Shown piece after piece: positions 46,729 through 56,473 of a stretch of DNA of 64,000 bases. The notes below the pieces were generated by a model. That model was not told where the DNA came from. It made no database searches and saw only the letters and a list, made by a program, of their open reading frames with translations. Origin of the DNA: an uncultured Anaerolineaceae bacterium (lineage in GTDB: Bacteria > Chloroflexota > Anaerolineae > Anaerolineales > Anaerolineaceae); the NCBI GenBank assembly GCA_937920255.1, contig CALDSL010000003.1:2432-66431 (forward strand), read 5' to 3'. The position numbers and the translations under genes are program-made. Each line of letters begins with the position of its first letter. Within the stretch, counting starts at the first letter, position 1.

Positions 46729-47970
46729 TCATCCCATCCGGCGCATTTCTGGTCGCCTGATGAAAATCCAGACCGCGTACGCAAGTAGACATCCCGCGCT
46801 AATGAACGCGGCGGTTTGCTCGCTGGTATGTTCTGCCACTTGCCCCATCAGCAGCGACCCAATCGGCGTGCCGCCCATGAACATGAGGGAATAGATGCCC
46901 ATCACGCGCCCGCGCAATTCATCCGGCACGCCAGACTGTACCATTGCATTGCTGTTATTGAGAATGCTGATCATCGAGAATCCCATCACCGACAGAATGA
47001 CCAGCGACAAGGGTAGCCAGGTGGAAAGGGCGAATATGGCGATTGCCAGTGGCAATACAAGGCTACTCATGCTCCACATCTTTCCGCGAAACTGCCGGCT
47101 GCTCAGCGACGCAATCGTCAAGCCGCCAATGACCGCGCCTACGCCGCGGGCTGAGAACAGCAGGCCGTTGGTTGTCGCGTCGCCGTGAAGCACCTCGACC
47201 GCCCAGGCCGGAACCAGGGTGACCAGTCCAAATCCAAACACGGTGATTACAAATACCGTGATCACCAGTGTTTTTACCAGTTTTTGCGAGCGAATATACT
47301 GGATGCCTTCGCCTATCGCGTGCCGGGCGGAAGACTGGGAATTGCGCACCGGCAGCGGCTTAATCTTCATCAAACCCAGCGCAATGAGAAGGGCAATGAA
47401 CGAAACGCCGTTGATGGTGAAGCACCATGCCGGTCCAGTCAGGGCATAGATCACGCCAGCCGCGGCCGGGCCAATGATCGCGCCAATATTGAACATGGTT
47501 GCATTCAACGCGATCGCGTTGGTCAAATCGGTACGCTCTACCAGCTCGACCACAAACGACTGGCGCGCTGGGGTGTCAAACGCGTTGACCACGCCGAGCA
47601 AAAAGGCCAGCACCAGGATATGCCAGGGCCGAACGATATCCAGGAAAACAAGCCCGGCCAGGGTAAACGCCAGCAGCATCATCACCGATTGCGTGATCAT
47701 CATCAACGTGCGGCGGGAAACCCGGTCTGCAACCACGCCACCGTACATCATCAACAGCAGCGAAGGCAGTCCAGTAGCGAAACCAACGTAACCGAGAAAC
47801 GCCGACGAGCCCGTCAGCGTGTACACCAGATAGCCCTGCGCGGCGCTTTGCATCCAGGTTCCGACCAGAGATACGACCTGCCCGATGAACCACAATCGGT
47901 AATTGCGGTGGCGAAAGGCAGCAAAGGTGGTTGTTATCGAAAGGGTGGGTGTGTTTGAGGAGGTGCCCAA
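46729..47970 (-). CDS. MFS transporter (EntS/DUF894-like)
   Basis: 413 aa and about 12 TM helices. FRHRNYRLWFIGQVVSLVGTWMQ is a typical N-terminus for this subfamily. Confidence 0.85.
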   Translation of the reverse strand: MGTSSNTPTLSITTTFAAFRHRNYRLWFIGQVVSLVGTWMQSAAQGYLVYTLTGSSAFLGYVGFATGLPSLLLMMYGGVVADRVSRRTLMMITQSVMMLLAFTLAGLVFLDIVRPWHILVLAFLLGVVNAFDTPARQSFVVELVERTDLTNAIALNATMFNIGAIIGPAAAGVIYALTGPAWCFTINGVSFIALLIALGLMKIKPLPVRNSQSSARHAIGEGIQYIRSQKLVKTLVITVFVITVFGFGLVTLVPAWAVEVLHGDATTNGLLFSARGVGAVIGGLTIASLSSRQFRGKMWSMSSLVLPLAIAIFALSTWLPLSLVILSVMGFSMISILNNSNAMVQSGVPDELRGRVMGIYSLMFMGGTPIGSLLMGQVAEHTSEQTAAFISAGCLLAYAVWIFIRRPEMRRMG

Positions 47971-48081
47971 GATATTCCAGTGTGGTCACAAAGATGATGT
48001 GATAATCATACCATAACGGTTCGATGGCCCCTTGCGCAAAGGCATCGCAGCTCCGGTCAATGATGGATTTTCTGGATATGT

Positions 48082-48834
48082 TTACTCCAACATCCACTGC
48101 CGGTACTGATTATGTGGAAGCGAGTATTCAATCGCGACATCTCCGCTAACGATAAAAAACAGCATTCGCGCGCCAATTTCCGGGCGGATCGATTTCCAAT
48201 AACAGGCAAAATCCAGATCGTGCCCGCTGGGGATATACAGCTCGGGTGAGAAAAATCCGAGAGAAGAATGGTTGGGATGGTTGTGAATATGCAGCACCCA
48301 GCGCGCCTGATGCATATCATTCAACAATGCGTACAATTCTTCCTGGCTGAGGCGACATCCGACTTCAATTGTGGATCCGACGATTGAGAATAAATCGTCC
48401 TTTCCGCCAATCGCCTCGATCCAATCCGCATCCTCTTCCAGATCCTGCGGGATCAGCACCCAGTACGCCTCTTCCTGGCTATTCCCGCCGATCTCCTCAC
48501 AGGCGGCTTGGATTTCTTCCTGGATTCGCGCATAGTCCTGGCGGGTTATTTGCGGCCTGGCAGCCGCTTTGACAATCACGCCAGCATCGCAGATTTCCTT
48601 TACATCGGCGGGATCCATGGAGGCAAGCAGTTCTCGTTCCGTCCCAGGCTCGGGGTTTAGCTTCGTCATTAAATAGCAGGCAACGGATTTTGCGTCTTTA
48701 CTACCCATCACATGCGCCAGCGCGATGAAGCGTCGCCTGTCGCGCTCGCTCAGGCTGCGGAATACATCCTCCGAGCCGGCTAGGTGCCCGTAACGGGCAA
48801 GATTTGGCGCGTCCTTTTCCAGGACGTCCAGCAT
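48082..48834 (-). CDS. Hypothetical protein with C-terminal JAB/MPN (JAMM-like) metalloprotease motif
   Basis: 250 aa. LHIHNHPNHSSLGFFSPELYIPSGHDLDF (aa 181-209, nt about 48208-48294) resembles the HxH...S-x2-D JAMM/RadC-type motif. An upstream EE lies at aa 165-166. The gene has lower GC than its neighbours. Confidence 0.55.
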   Translation of the reverse strand: MLDVLEKDAPNLARYGHLAGSEDVFRSLSERDRRRFIALAHVMGSKDAKSVACYLMTKLNPEPGTERELLASMDPADVKEICDAGVIVKAAARPQITRQDYARIQEEIQAACEEIGGNSQEEAYWVLIPQDLEEDADWIEAIGGKDDLFSIVGSTIEVGCRLSQEELYALLNDMHQARWVLHIHNHPNHSSLGFFSPELYIPSGHDLDFACYWKSIRPEIGARMLFFIVSGDVAIEYSLPHNQYRQWMLE

Positions 48835-49167
48835 GTCTCGCAGTTCTTCGATATTCCGTCTCGCGGCCGTTGGCCCCCCAAATATCCGCAGAACGATGTT
48901 TTATGAAATGGACAAAGATGTATTTCATTTCTATTGTATCGAAGTCCACGCGAGTTTCAATCCATTAATCTTCCGGTCGGGAAACATCATGTTTCTCACG
49001 TGACGTTTCCCGACGCGCGCTGTGAAATCCCCCATTCATTCCAGAGAGCAAACACCTCTATACTGAATTACGGTTAAAGTTATGTGCCGTTCACAAAAAA
49101 GCTCCTGACAATGTCCAGCGCAAGAATCAGGAGCATCTTATTGTTTTTTACCGGTAGGAGGGAACCT

Positions 49168-50142
49168 ATGTTTCACCATGTGAAGGAATTAGAATTTAAC
49201 GCCCGTGTAACGGGACCCGATCCACGCTTTGCAAGCTTGTTGCTCGAGCAGTTTGGCGGCGGGAATGGGGAATTGAAAGCCGCAATGCAGTATTTCGTCC
49301 AGGCGTTTGCGGCGCGCAAGCCATTCCCCGATAAGTATGATTTACTGATGGATATTGCCACGGAAGAACTCTCGCACCTGGAGATCGTCGGCGCGACGAT
49401 CACCATGCTGCTGGATGGGATCAACGGCGAGCTCAAGAATGCCGCGGAAAACACATATCTGACCAAATTGATGAATGGATCCGCCGGCAAAGAGGAAGTG
49501 GTCAGCGATATGCTCTCCGGCGGTAACGGCCGCAACATCGAGCTGGGCATGATCAGCCCGCACTTCCTGGTGCTCTCGGGCGGCGGGCCAAAACTGACAG
49601 ACTGCCAGGGCGTGCCGTGGTCAGGGTCTTATGTAAACGCCAATAGCGATCTTACGGTGGATCTACGCTCGAATATCGCGGCGGAATCGCGCGCGAAAAT
49701 CGTGTATGAATACCTGCTGCAATTCACCGATGACCCGATGGTCAAAGAAACCCTGCGCTTCCTGATGACCCGCGAAATCGCGCACTTCAACCAGTTCGCC
49801 GCCGCGCTGGAGACCATCCAGCCCAACTTCCCGCCCGGCGTGCTGCAGGGCGATCCGCGTTACACGCACGTGTACGTTAATTCCTCTGAAGGTAATGATA
49901 GCCGCGGTCCGTGGAATCAAGGCCAGGGACCCTGGGATAAGGGCGAGGAATGGGTATATGTAGAGCGGCCGATGGAGCATGTGATGCAGACCAAGGGCAT
50001 GGTCGATCAGAAACCAGCCGGCGGCAAGGTCACACAGAATGACGTGGAAAAGCTGGATAAGAAGATGAGCAAAATGCGCAGCCAGCAGATCAAAACTGCC
50101 ATCGAAGAAAATCCGAGCTCCTGGTCGGACTATTCGATCTGA
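49168..50142 (+). CDS. Manganese catalase family protein
   Basis: MFHHVKELEF, GELKAAMQYFVQAF and EELSHLEIV (di-Mn ligands). The ATG follows GGAGGG. Confidence 0.9.
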   Translation: MFHHVKELEFNARVTGPDPRFASLLLEQFGGGNGELKAAMQYFVQAFAARKPFPDKYDLLMDIATEELSHLEIVGATITMLLDGINGELKNAAENTYLTKLMNGSAGKEEVVSDMLSGGNGRNIELGMISPHFLVLSGGGPKLTDCQGVPWSGSYVNANSDLTVDLRSNIAAESRAKIVYEYLLQFTDDPMVKETLRFLMTREIAHFNQFAAALETIQPNFPPGVLQGDPRYTHVYVNSSEGNDSRGPWNQGQGPWDKGEEWVYVERPMEHVMQTKGMVDQKPAGGKVTQNDVEKLDKKMSKMRSQQIKTAIEENPSSWSDYSI

Positions 50143-50160
50143 GCGGGTAAGGGAAAGAAT

Positions 50161-50907
50161 ATGTCCGCTCAGATGGAATTCTATAACGACGATTTGGAAC
50201 GCGAAAGCGCTCACCATGGTCTTCACGACCCGCACGGACGTTCCTCCAGCCTGGCGGATATCATTCTGGGCGGCCAGGATGGATTAGTGAATGTGCTCGG
50301 GATCGTGTTAGGTGTGGCGGTAGCTTCCGCCGACCCGCGCATGATCCTCACTGCGGGAATGGCGGCGGCATTTGCCGAATCGGTATCGATGGGCGCAGTA
50401 GCATACACATCGACATTGGCGCAAGCGGATTTTTACGAGAGCGAACGCAGCCGCGAACATCGCCACATTCAGCGCTATCCCAAACACGAGCAAGAAGAAA
50501 TCCGCGCCATTTACGAGTCAAAAGGTTTTGAGGGCGAATTGCTGGAGCAGATCGTCAACACGATTACCTCTGACAAGGAGGTTTGGGTGCGGGTGATGCT
50601 GGCCGAAGAACACCAGCTCACGCCGGTTGACCGGTCAAAAGCACGCAGCTCAGCCGTCATCGTGGCGCTATCCGCGATCATCGGTTCGCTAATCCCGCTG
50701 TTGCCGTTCATCTTCTGGCCGTTACCAGTCAGCATGTGGCTTTCGCTGGCGATATCGGCCCTGACACTGTTCGCGGTTGGAGTATACAAAGCCAGAGTTA
50801 CCACCATCGGCAAGCCGGCGCGCAGTGGCATGGAGATGGCCGTCATTGGTACTGTCAGCGCGATGATCGGTTATGCGATCGGCCTGCTGTTCAAAACGCT
50901 TACTTGA
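50161..50907 (+). CDS. VIT1/CCC1 family iron/manganese transporter
   Basis: ILGGQDGLVNVLGIVLGVA motif, a cytoplasmic acidic helix region and C-terminal TM helices. Confidence 0.85.
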   Translation: MSAQMEFYNDDLERESAHHGLHDPHGRSSSLADIILGGQDGLVNVLGIVLGVAVASADPRMILTAGMAAAFAESVSMGAVAYTSTLAQADFYESERSREHRHIQRYPKHEQEEIRAIYESKGFEGELLEQIVNTITSDKEVWVRVMLAEEHQLTPVDRSKARSSAVIVALSAIIGSLIPLLPFIFWPLPVSMWLSLAISALTLFAVGVYKARVTTIGKPARSGMEMAVIGTVSAMIGYAIGLLFKTLT

Positions 50908-50920
50908 GAATATATTCGTC

Positions 50921-50965
50921 ACAGAAAAGCACCCGGCGTCGAAAGACTGCCGGGTGCTTTTCTGT
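50921..50965 (+). terminator. Intrinsic terminator after the VIT1 gene
   Basis: acagaaaagcacccggc-gtcgaaagact-gccgggtgcttttctgt: a 17-bp stem whose right arm contains a T-run. Confidence 0.75.
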
Positions 50966-51121
50966 GATCATCCGGCACGCGCCGCTTTCGCCGATGACCG
51001 AGCCATGCATCGGTCCGCGAGAGAAAACGTTGATATGCAACATGGTTGTTTATATCACAACAATTAACCAGTACAAATGCCTAAATCAAGGGGGTATTTT
51101 GAAAAAATTCCTCATTCTTCG

Positions 51122-51150
51122 TTGACTCACCTAATGCTTCGTTGTACAAT
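51122..51150 (+). promoter_or_regulatory. Candidate sigma70 promoter for the transketolase operon
   Basis: TTGACT, 17-nt spacer, TACAAT, read directly from the sequence. Confidence 0.55.
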
Positions 51151-51262
51151 TCTCAATGAATCCATCATCCAGCTCAACAAAATACGACTGAGCGATTAGA
51201 AACATTTTCGGCTGTAAGAGGGACGGTGCAAAGCGTACGCGTGCTTCCTTGAGGAGGGTGTA

Positions 51263-52099
51263 ATGCACGTTCACAATCTGGCATTAATTGATGAAATCCA
51301 GAAACAGGCCAACCTGATCCGCCTGGATGTGCTCGATATGGTCTACCGCCGCCAGGCTGGGCACCTGGGCGGTTCGTACTCTGCTGCTGAGATCCTGGCC
51401 GCGCTGTACTTCCACCAACTGCGAATCGATCCGCAGAACGCGGGTTGGGAGGAGCGCGACCGCTTTCTGCTGAGCAAAGGCCACGCGGCCGCCGCGCTGT
51501 ACTCGGCGCTGGCCAGGCGCGGTTTCTTCCCACTGGAAGAACTGGAAACCTGGGGGCACCTGGGCGCGCGTTTGCAGGGGCACCCGGACCGGATCAAAGT
51601 CCCTGGCGTGGAAATGTCTTCCGGCTTTCTTGGCCACGGGCTGTCGATTGGTGTGGGACTGGCGCTGGCCGCCCGGTTGAACCAGCAGAAGCATCACATC
51701 TATGTGCTGATGAGTGACGGCGATATGCAGGCTGGCGTGGCCTGGGAAGGCGCGCTCACCGCTTCCAAGTACTGCACCAGCGAAGTCACGGTCATCATGG
51801 ACTTCAATGATGTGCAGCTCGATGGGCCGGGGCACGAGATCATGCCGCTCGAGCCGCTGCGCGAGAAGTGGCGCGCGTTTGGCTTCCATGTGATCGAGAT
51901 TCACGGCCACAATGTGGCACAGGTGCTGGATGCGCTGGATATGGCGTTGGACATTCACAGCCAGCCGTCGGTGATTTTGGCGCATACCACCAAGGGCAAG
52001 GGCGTTTCATTCATGGAGAACACCGCCAAATGGCATGGTAGCGTGCCGACAGATGTTCAGTACCAGGCGGCCCGGCGGGAACTTGAGGAGGTGCTGTGA
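51263..52099 (+). CDS. Transketolase, N-terminal (TPP-binding) subunit
   Basis: 278 aa. GHLGGSYS, SKGH and GDGDMQAG-like SDGDMQAG motifs. Split-type transketolase. Confidence 0.9.
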   Translation: MHVHNLALIDEIQKQANLIRLDVLDMVYRRQAGHLGGSYSAAEILAALYFHQLRIDPQNAGWEERDRFLLSKGHAAAALYSALARRGFFPLEELETWGHLGARLQGHPDRIKVPGVEMSSGFLGHGLSIGVGLALAARLNQQKHHIYVLMSDGDMQAGVAWEGALTASKYCTSEVTVIMDFNDVQLDGPGHEIMPLEPLREKWRAFGFHVIEIHGHNVAQVLDALDMALDIHSQPSVILAHTTKGKGVSFMENTAKWHGSVPTDVQYQAARRELEEVL

Positions 52100-53055
52100 T
52101 GGCTGAGATCCCGCAACGACAGGCGTACGGCCAGGCGCTGGCCGATTACGGCGCGGTGAACCCGGATGTGGTCGTGCTGGACGCGGATGTATCATCTTCG
52201 ACCCTGACCAGCTATTTCGCGCAGCGCTTCCCGCAACGGTTTTACAACCTGGGCGTCACCGAGGCCTCGATGGTGGACGTGGGCGTGGGGCTGGCCCTGG
52301 GTGGAAAAATTCCGTTCGTCAACACCTTCGCGGCGCTGCTGGCGCTGCGTGCCTGTGAGCAGATCCGCACTTGCGTGAGTTATGCGGCTACCAACGTCAA
52401 ATTGATCGGCGGGTATTCGGGCATCTCCGATTACAAGGACGGCCCGACTCACTTCGCCACCAATGATGTCTCTGTGGTGCGCTCGCTGCCCGGCATGGTG
52501 GTGCTGGCGCCGGCCGATAACCGCGAAGCCGCGGCGATGGTTCAGGTGATCGCCGAATGGCAGGGGCCGGTGTACGCGCGCATCAGCCGCGCCGCAGTAC
52601 CCGATGTGTATGATGCCAGCCATAAGCCAGAGATTGGACGCGGAACGGTGCTGCGCGAAGGCAAGGATGTGACCATGCTGGGTACCGGGTCGCTCACCGT
52701 GCGCTGCCTGCTGGCCGCCGAACAACTGCGCAACGAAGGCATTGAAGCCGGTGTGATCGGCATGTGGTCGATCAAACCGCTGGATGTGGGACTGCTGCTG
52801 CATGCCGCGCGAACCACAGGCGCTCTGGTGACTGCCGAGGATCATTCCATCGTGGGCGGCTTTGGCAGCGCGGTGGCCGAAGCCCTGGCCTGCACCCTGC
52901 CATCTCCGTTGGAGATGGTCGGTCTGAATGACACCTTTGCCGAGACCGGCCCAGACCCCGACACCCTGATGGACGCAGTAGGAATGTCGGTGGAGGATAT
53001 TGTTCGTGCAGCACGAAAAGCTGCCGGACGCAAAGAAACCGGGGTAAAATTTTAG
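52096..53055 (+). CDS. Transketolase, C-terminal (pyrimidine-binding) subunit
   Basis: 319 aa. GVTEASMV and DGPTHF motifs. ATGA-type overlap with the N-terminal subunit. Confidence 0.9.
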   Translation: MMAEIPQRQAYGQALADYGAVNPDVVVLDADVSSSTLTSYFAQRFPQRFYNLGVTEASMVDVGVGLALGGKIPFVNTFAALLALRACEQIRTCVSYAATNVKLIGGYSGISDYKDGPTHFATNDVSVVRSLPGMVVLAPADNREAAAMVQVIAEWQGPVYARISRAAVPDVYDASHKPEIGRGTVLREGKDVTMLGTGSLTVRCLLAAEQLRNEGIEAGVIGMWSIKPLDVGLLLHAARTTGALVTAEDHSIVGGFGSAVAEALACTLPSPLEMVGLNDTFAETGPDPDTLMDAVGMSVEDIVRAARKAAGRKETGVKF

Positions 53056-53098
53056 ATACCCCTCGACATTTTGATTATCAGTTTCAAGTGAGGTAGTT

Positions 53099-53839
53099 TT
53101 GAGCGAAATCCAATCACTAGCACGCGGTTTGAAGATCCTGGATCTGCTTGGAGAAGCCGAGGACGGAGTCGGCATCACCGAGCTGGCTGAGAAGATGGGG
53201 ATCGACAAAGGCAGCGCGTCACGCCTGATCGCCACCCTGGCCAACTACGGCTATGCCGAAAAAGACCCGAACTCGCGCCGTTACCGCCTGGGGCCGATGG
53301 TGGTAAGCCTGAGCCGCATCGTCCTACAGCGAACGCCCCTGCGTGAGACCGCCAAGCCGTACCTGCGCCAGTTGATGGAGCAGACCGGCGAGTGTTCGCA
53401 CCTGGCGGTCGCATCGCAGGGCAAGGTGCTGTACATCGACCAGGTGGAATCGCCTGCCACTTTACGCGTTAACGCCCAGGTGGGAAAAATTGCCCCCATG
53501 CACTGCACTGCGCTGGGCAAGGCGATGATGGCGTTTGCCGATTACCCCATCGTCGAGCCGCTCGAGGTCTTTACCGCGCGCACCATTACCGAACCGGGTA
53601 TGCTTAAAGCGCACCTCGAACAGACACGCAGGCAGGGTTACGCTGTGGACGATGAAGAGTACGACTACGGCGTGCGATGCATCGCCGTGCCAGTGTTCGA
53701 TTTTCGCGATAAAGTAGTCGGCAGCATCGGCGTTTCCGGGCCGGCCGCGCGCATGACACTCGAACGGCTGCCGGAAATTGCTCGGACAGTCATGACCGTG
53801 GGCGAGGCGCTGTCGGCACGCATGCGCTTCTTGCGCTAA
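53099..53839 (+). CDS. IclR family transcriptional regulator
   Basis: N-terminal wHTH (LARGLKILDLL...GITELAEKMGIDKGSASRLIATL) and a C-terminal IclR effector domain. TTG start. Confidence 0.85.
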   Translation: MSEIQSLARGLKILDLLGEAEDGVGITELAEKMGIDKGSASRLIATLANYGYAEKDPNSRRYRLGPMVVSLSRIVLQRTPLRETAKPYLRQLMEQTGECSHLAVASQGKVLYIDQVESPATLRVNAQVGKIAPMHCTALGKAMMAFADYPIVEPLEVFTARTITEPGMLKAHLEQTRRQGYAVDDEEYDYGVRCIAVPVFDFRDKVVGSIGVSGPAARMTLERLPEIARTVMTVGEALSARMRFLR

Positions 53840-53882
53840 CACAATCTGCGATCCATCGACATGTTCGCACGTGGAGGGGAAA

Positions 53883-55784
53883 ATGCCGGGAGAGGTTGAG
53901 AGATCACAGGCAGAAATTGTCCGCGGGCGTGCGGCGCGCGCTCAGGCTGTCGCGTCCGCCGGTTCTCTGCAGGCCGCTCTGAAAGCCGGAACCATAGCGC
54001 GTCGGGTGGATCTCACCCTTTCGGAAGCGCTGGTCTTGGGGCTGGTGGAGCAGGATGTGCGCACCTTTCTGGTGGTATTCGGCCACGGTTCCACCGAAAT
54101 CGGCGAAGTGCTGCGCGTGTACCAACAAACCGGCGTGGTGCGCGTGGTGCCGGTGCGGCATGAAACCGAAGCCTCGCACGCGGCGACTGCGCTGCGCTGG
54201 GTCACCGGGCAAAAGGCGGCTGTGATCACCTCCATCGGGCCGGGAGCGCTGCAGGCCATGGCCGGATCGATCGCCCCCGCCTCGGATGGCATCGGCGTGT
54301 GGTACCTGTTCGGCGACGAGACCACCGAGGACGAGGGCTATAACATGCAGCAGATCCCCAAACCCGAGCAAAACCTGTTTCTCCAACTGACTTCGGTGCT
54401 GGGGCATTCCTACAGCCTGCACACGCCCCTGTCGATTGCCACCGCGCTGCGCCGCGGGCAGGCAACGGTCGACCATCCCTATCGCCAGGGACCGTTCTTC
54501 CTGCTCATGCCGATGAACACCCAGCCGGCATGGCTGCCCTCGTTCAACCTGGAGGAGCTTCCAAACCAAACGCCTCTTTCGTATGGCGCAGCCCCTGATG
54601 GCTACACGCAAGTCGCGGATTGGATCCATGCCGCGCAACGCGTGGTGGTCAAAGTAGGCGGTGGGGCGCGGCAGTGCGGCGCGGAACTTGTTGAACTCTT
54701 GGAGTTAGCCGACGCCACTCTGGTGCATACGCCCATCGCCAGCGGAGCGATCCCCTACTCCAATCCGCGCAATATGGGCGTGGGTGGATCAAAGGGATCG
54801 ATCAGCGGGAATTTTGCCATGGAGAATGCCGACCTGCTGATCGCGGTGGGCACGCGCGCGGTGTGCCAGTCGGACTGCTCTCGCACCGGCTACCCCAGGG
54901 TGCAGCATGTGATCAACATCAACGCGGATGTGGACAGCGCGATCCATTATGGAAAAACGCTGGCGTTGCTGGGTGACGCGGCCGCGACCCTGCGCTGCCT
55001 GAACGACGCATTGCGGCGGATGCCAGACAAAACCACCCAACCGCCATCCATCTGGATGCAGGAATGTTCCGTGGAACGCCAGAAGTGGCAAGCATTCAAA
55101 GACGCGCGCTATGCCTCCCCCACCCTGTTTGACGAGTACTGGAAGGAAAACGTGCTGACCCAACCGGCGGTGATCAAAACCGTCACCGATTGGGCCAAAG
55201 CCACTGGCGCGATCAGCTTCTTCGACGCCGGCGATGTACAGGCTAACGGTTTCCAGATTATGGAGGATGAGCGCCCGGACCAGACCTTCACCGAAACTGG
55301 CGCCAGCTATATGGGATTTGCGGTATCGGCGCTGCTTGCCACGGCTGTCGCGCGCGAGCCGTTCTACGCTGTGGCGCTCACCGGCGATGGTTCCTTCACC
55401 ATGAACCCGCAGATTTTGATCGACGGCGCCGAACACGGCGCGCGCGGTTGTATTGTCCTGCTGGATAACAGCCGCATGGCAGCAATCTCCGGCTTGCAGG
55501 AAGCGCAATACGGTGCAGAGTTTGCCACCGCCAACCAGATCAAAGTCGATTATCTGCAGTGGGCGCGGAGCGTGCCGGGTGTGCTGGCGTTGGATGGCGG
55601 CGCCAGCCCGGAAGCGCTGCAGGAAGCTCTCCGGCAGGCCGGCCTGCACCCTGGTCTGTCGCTGATCCGCGTGCGGGTCTACTACGGGCCAGACGAGTTG
55701 GGCGGCATGGGCGTTTTTGGGCGCTGGAATGTGGGCAACTGGGTCGAAGACACCCAGGCCCTGCGCCATGAAATTGGGCTCTAA
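53883..55784 (+). CDS. Thiamine-diphosphate-dependent enzyme, IolD-like
   Basis: About 633 aa. VVFGHGSTEIG, SIGPGALQA, YNMQQIP and the GDGSF TPP motif. The FGHG and QQ segments resemble what I recall of B. subtilis IolD rather than classical acetolactate synthase. The ATG follows GGAGGGG. Confidence 0.7.
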   Translation: MPGEVERSQAEIVRGRAARAQAVASAGSLQAALKAGTIARRVDLTLSEALVLGLVEQDVRTFLVVFGHGSTEIGEVLRVYQQTGVVRVVPVRHETEASHAATALRWVTGQKAAVITSIGPGALQAMAGSIAPASDGIGVWYLFGDETTEDEGYNMQQIPKPEQNLFLQLTSVLGHSYSLHTPLSIATALRRGQATVDHPYRQGPFFLLMPMNTQPAWLPSFNLEELPNQTPLSYGAAPDGYTQVADWIHAAQRVVVKVGGGARQCGAELVELLELADATLVHTPIASGAIPYSNPRNMGVGGSKGSISGNFAMENADLLIAVGTRAVCQSDCSRTGYPRVQHVININADVDSAIHYGKTLALLGDAAATLRCLNDALRRMPDKTTQPPSIWMQECSVERQKWQAFKDARYASPTLFDEYWKENVLTQPAVIKTVTDWAKATGAISFFDAGDVQANGFQIMEDERPDQTFTETGASYMGFAVSALLATAVAREPFYAVALTGDGSFTMNPQILIDGAEHGARGCIVLLDNSRMAAISGLQEAQYGAEFATANQIKVDYLQWARSVPGVLALDGGASPEALQEALRQAGLHPGLSLIRVRVYYGPDELGGMGVFGRWNVGNWVEDTQALRHEIGL

Positions 55785-55805
55785 ACCACTTCAAGGAGTA
55801 AATCC

Positions 55806-56432
55806 ATGAAAATCGCCGTGATCAACGAAACCAGCGCCGCCGACCGTAATAAAGATATCCTCTTCGCCTTGGAGGGACGCGGGCATGAGGTGATCAACGC
55901 CGGCATGAACCAAAACGGCGCGCAACCCGAGCTGCAATATATACATACCGGGTTGATGGCGGCCGTCTTGCTCAACCTGCAGCGCGTCGATCTGGTGGTT
56001 GGTGGGTGCGGCACCGGCCAGGGCTTTCTCAATTCGGTGATGCAGTACCCCAACGTCTTCTGCGGCCACATTCTGAACGCGCTGGACGCCTGGCTGTTCG
56101 CGCAAATCAACGATGGCAACTGCATTTCGCTGGCGCTCAACCAGGGGTATGGCTGGGCCGGCGATGTCAACTTGCGCCTGCTGTTTGACGTGTACTTCTC
56201 GGTCGAACACGGCGCGGGCTTTCCGGCGCACCGGCGAGAACCCCAGGCTGCTTCGCGCGCCATGCTCAAGACCATATCCAACTGCACTCACCGCAGCCTG
56301 GCCGAGATCCTTACCGCGCTGCCTGAGGCGGTAGTCGCCCCCGCGCTCACCTACCCGACAATGCCCGCTATCATCGATGTAGACTCAATTGAAGATCCTC
56401 AACTGAAAACGACCCTGCGGCGCTACCTCTAG
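55806..56432 (+). CDS. RpiB/LacA/LacB family sugar-phosphate isomerase-like protein
   Basis: MKIAVINE...VVGGCGTGQG pattern typical of the RpiB/LacAB fold. At 208 aa it is longer than canonical RpiB. Confidence 0.7.
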   Translation: MKIAVINETSAADRNKDILFALEGRGHEVINAGMNQNGAQPELQYIHTGLMAAVLLNLQRVDLVVGGCGTGQGFLNSVMQYPNVFCGHILNALDAWLFAQINDGNCISLALNQGYGWAGDVNLRLLFDVYFSVEHGAGFPAHRREPQAASRAMLKTISNCTHRSLAEILTALPEAVVAPALTYPTMPAIIDVDSIEDPQLKTTLRRYL

Positions 56433-56473
56433 TTTCATCCATCCAATCCAAAGCAACCGGAAGGAAACACCCG

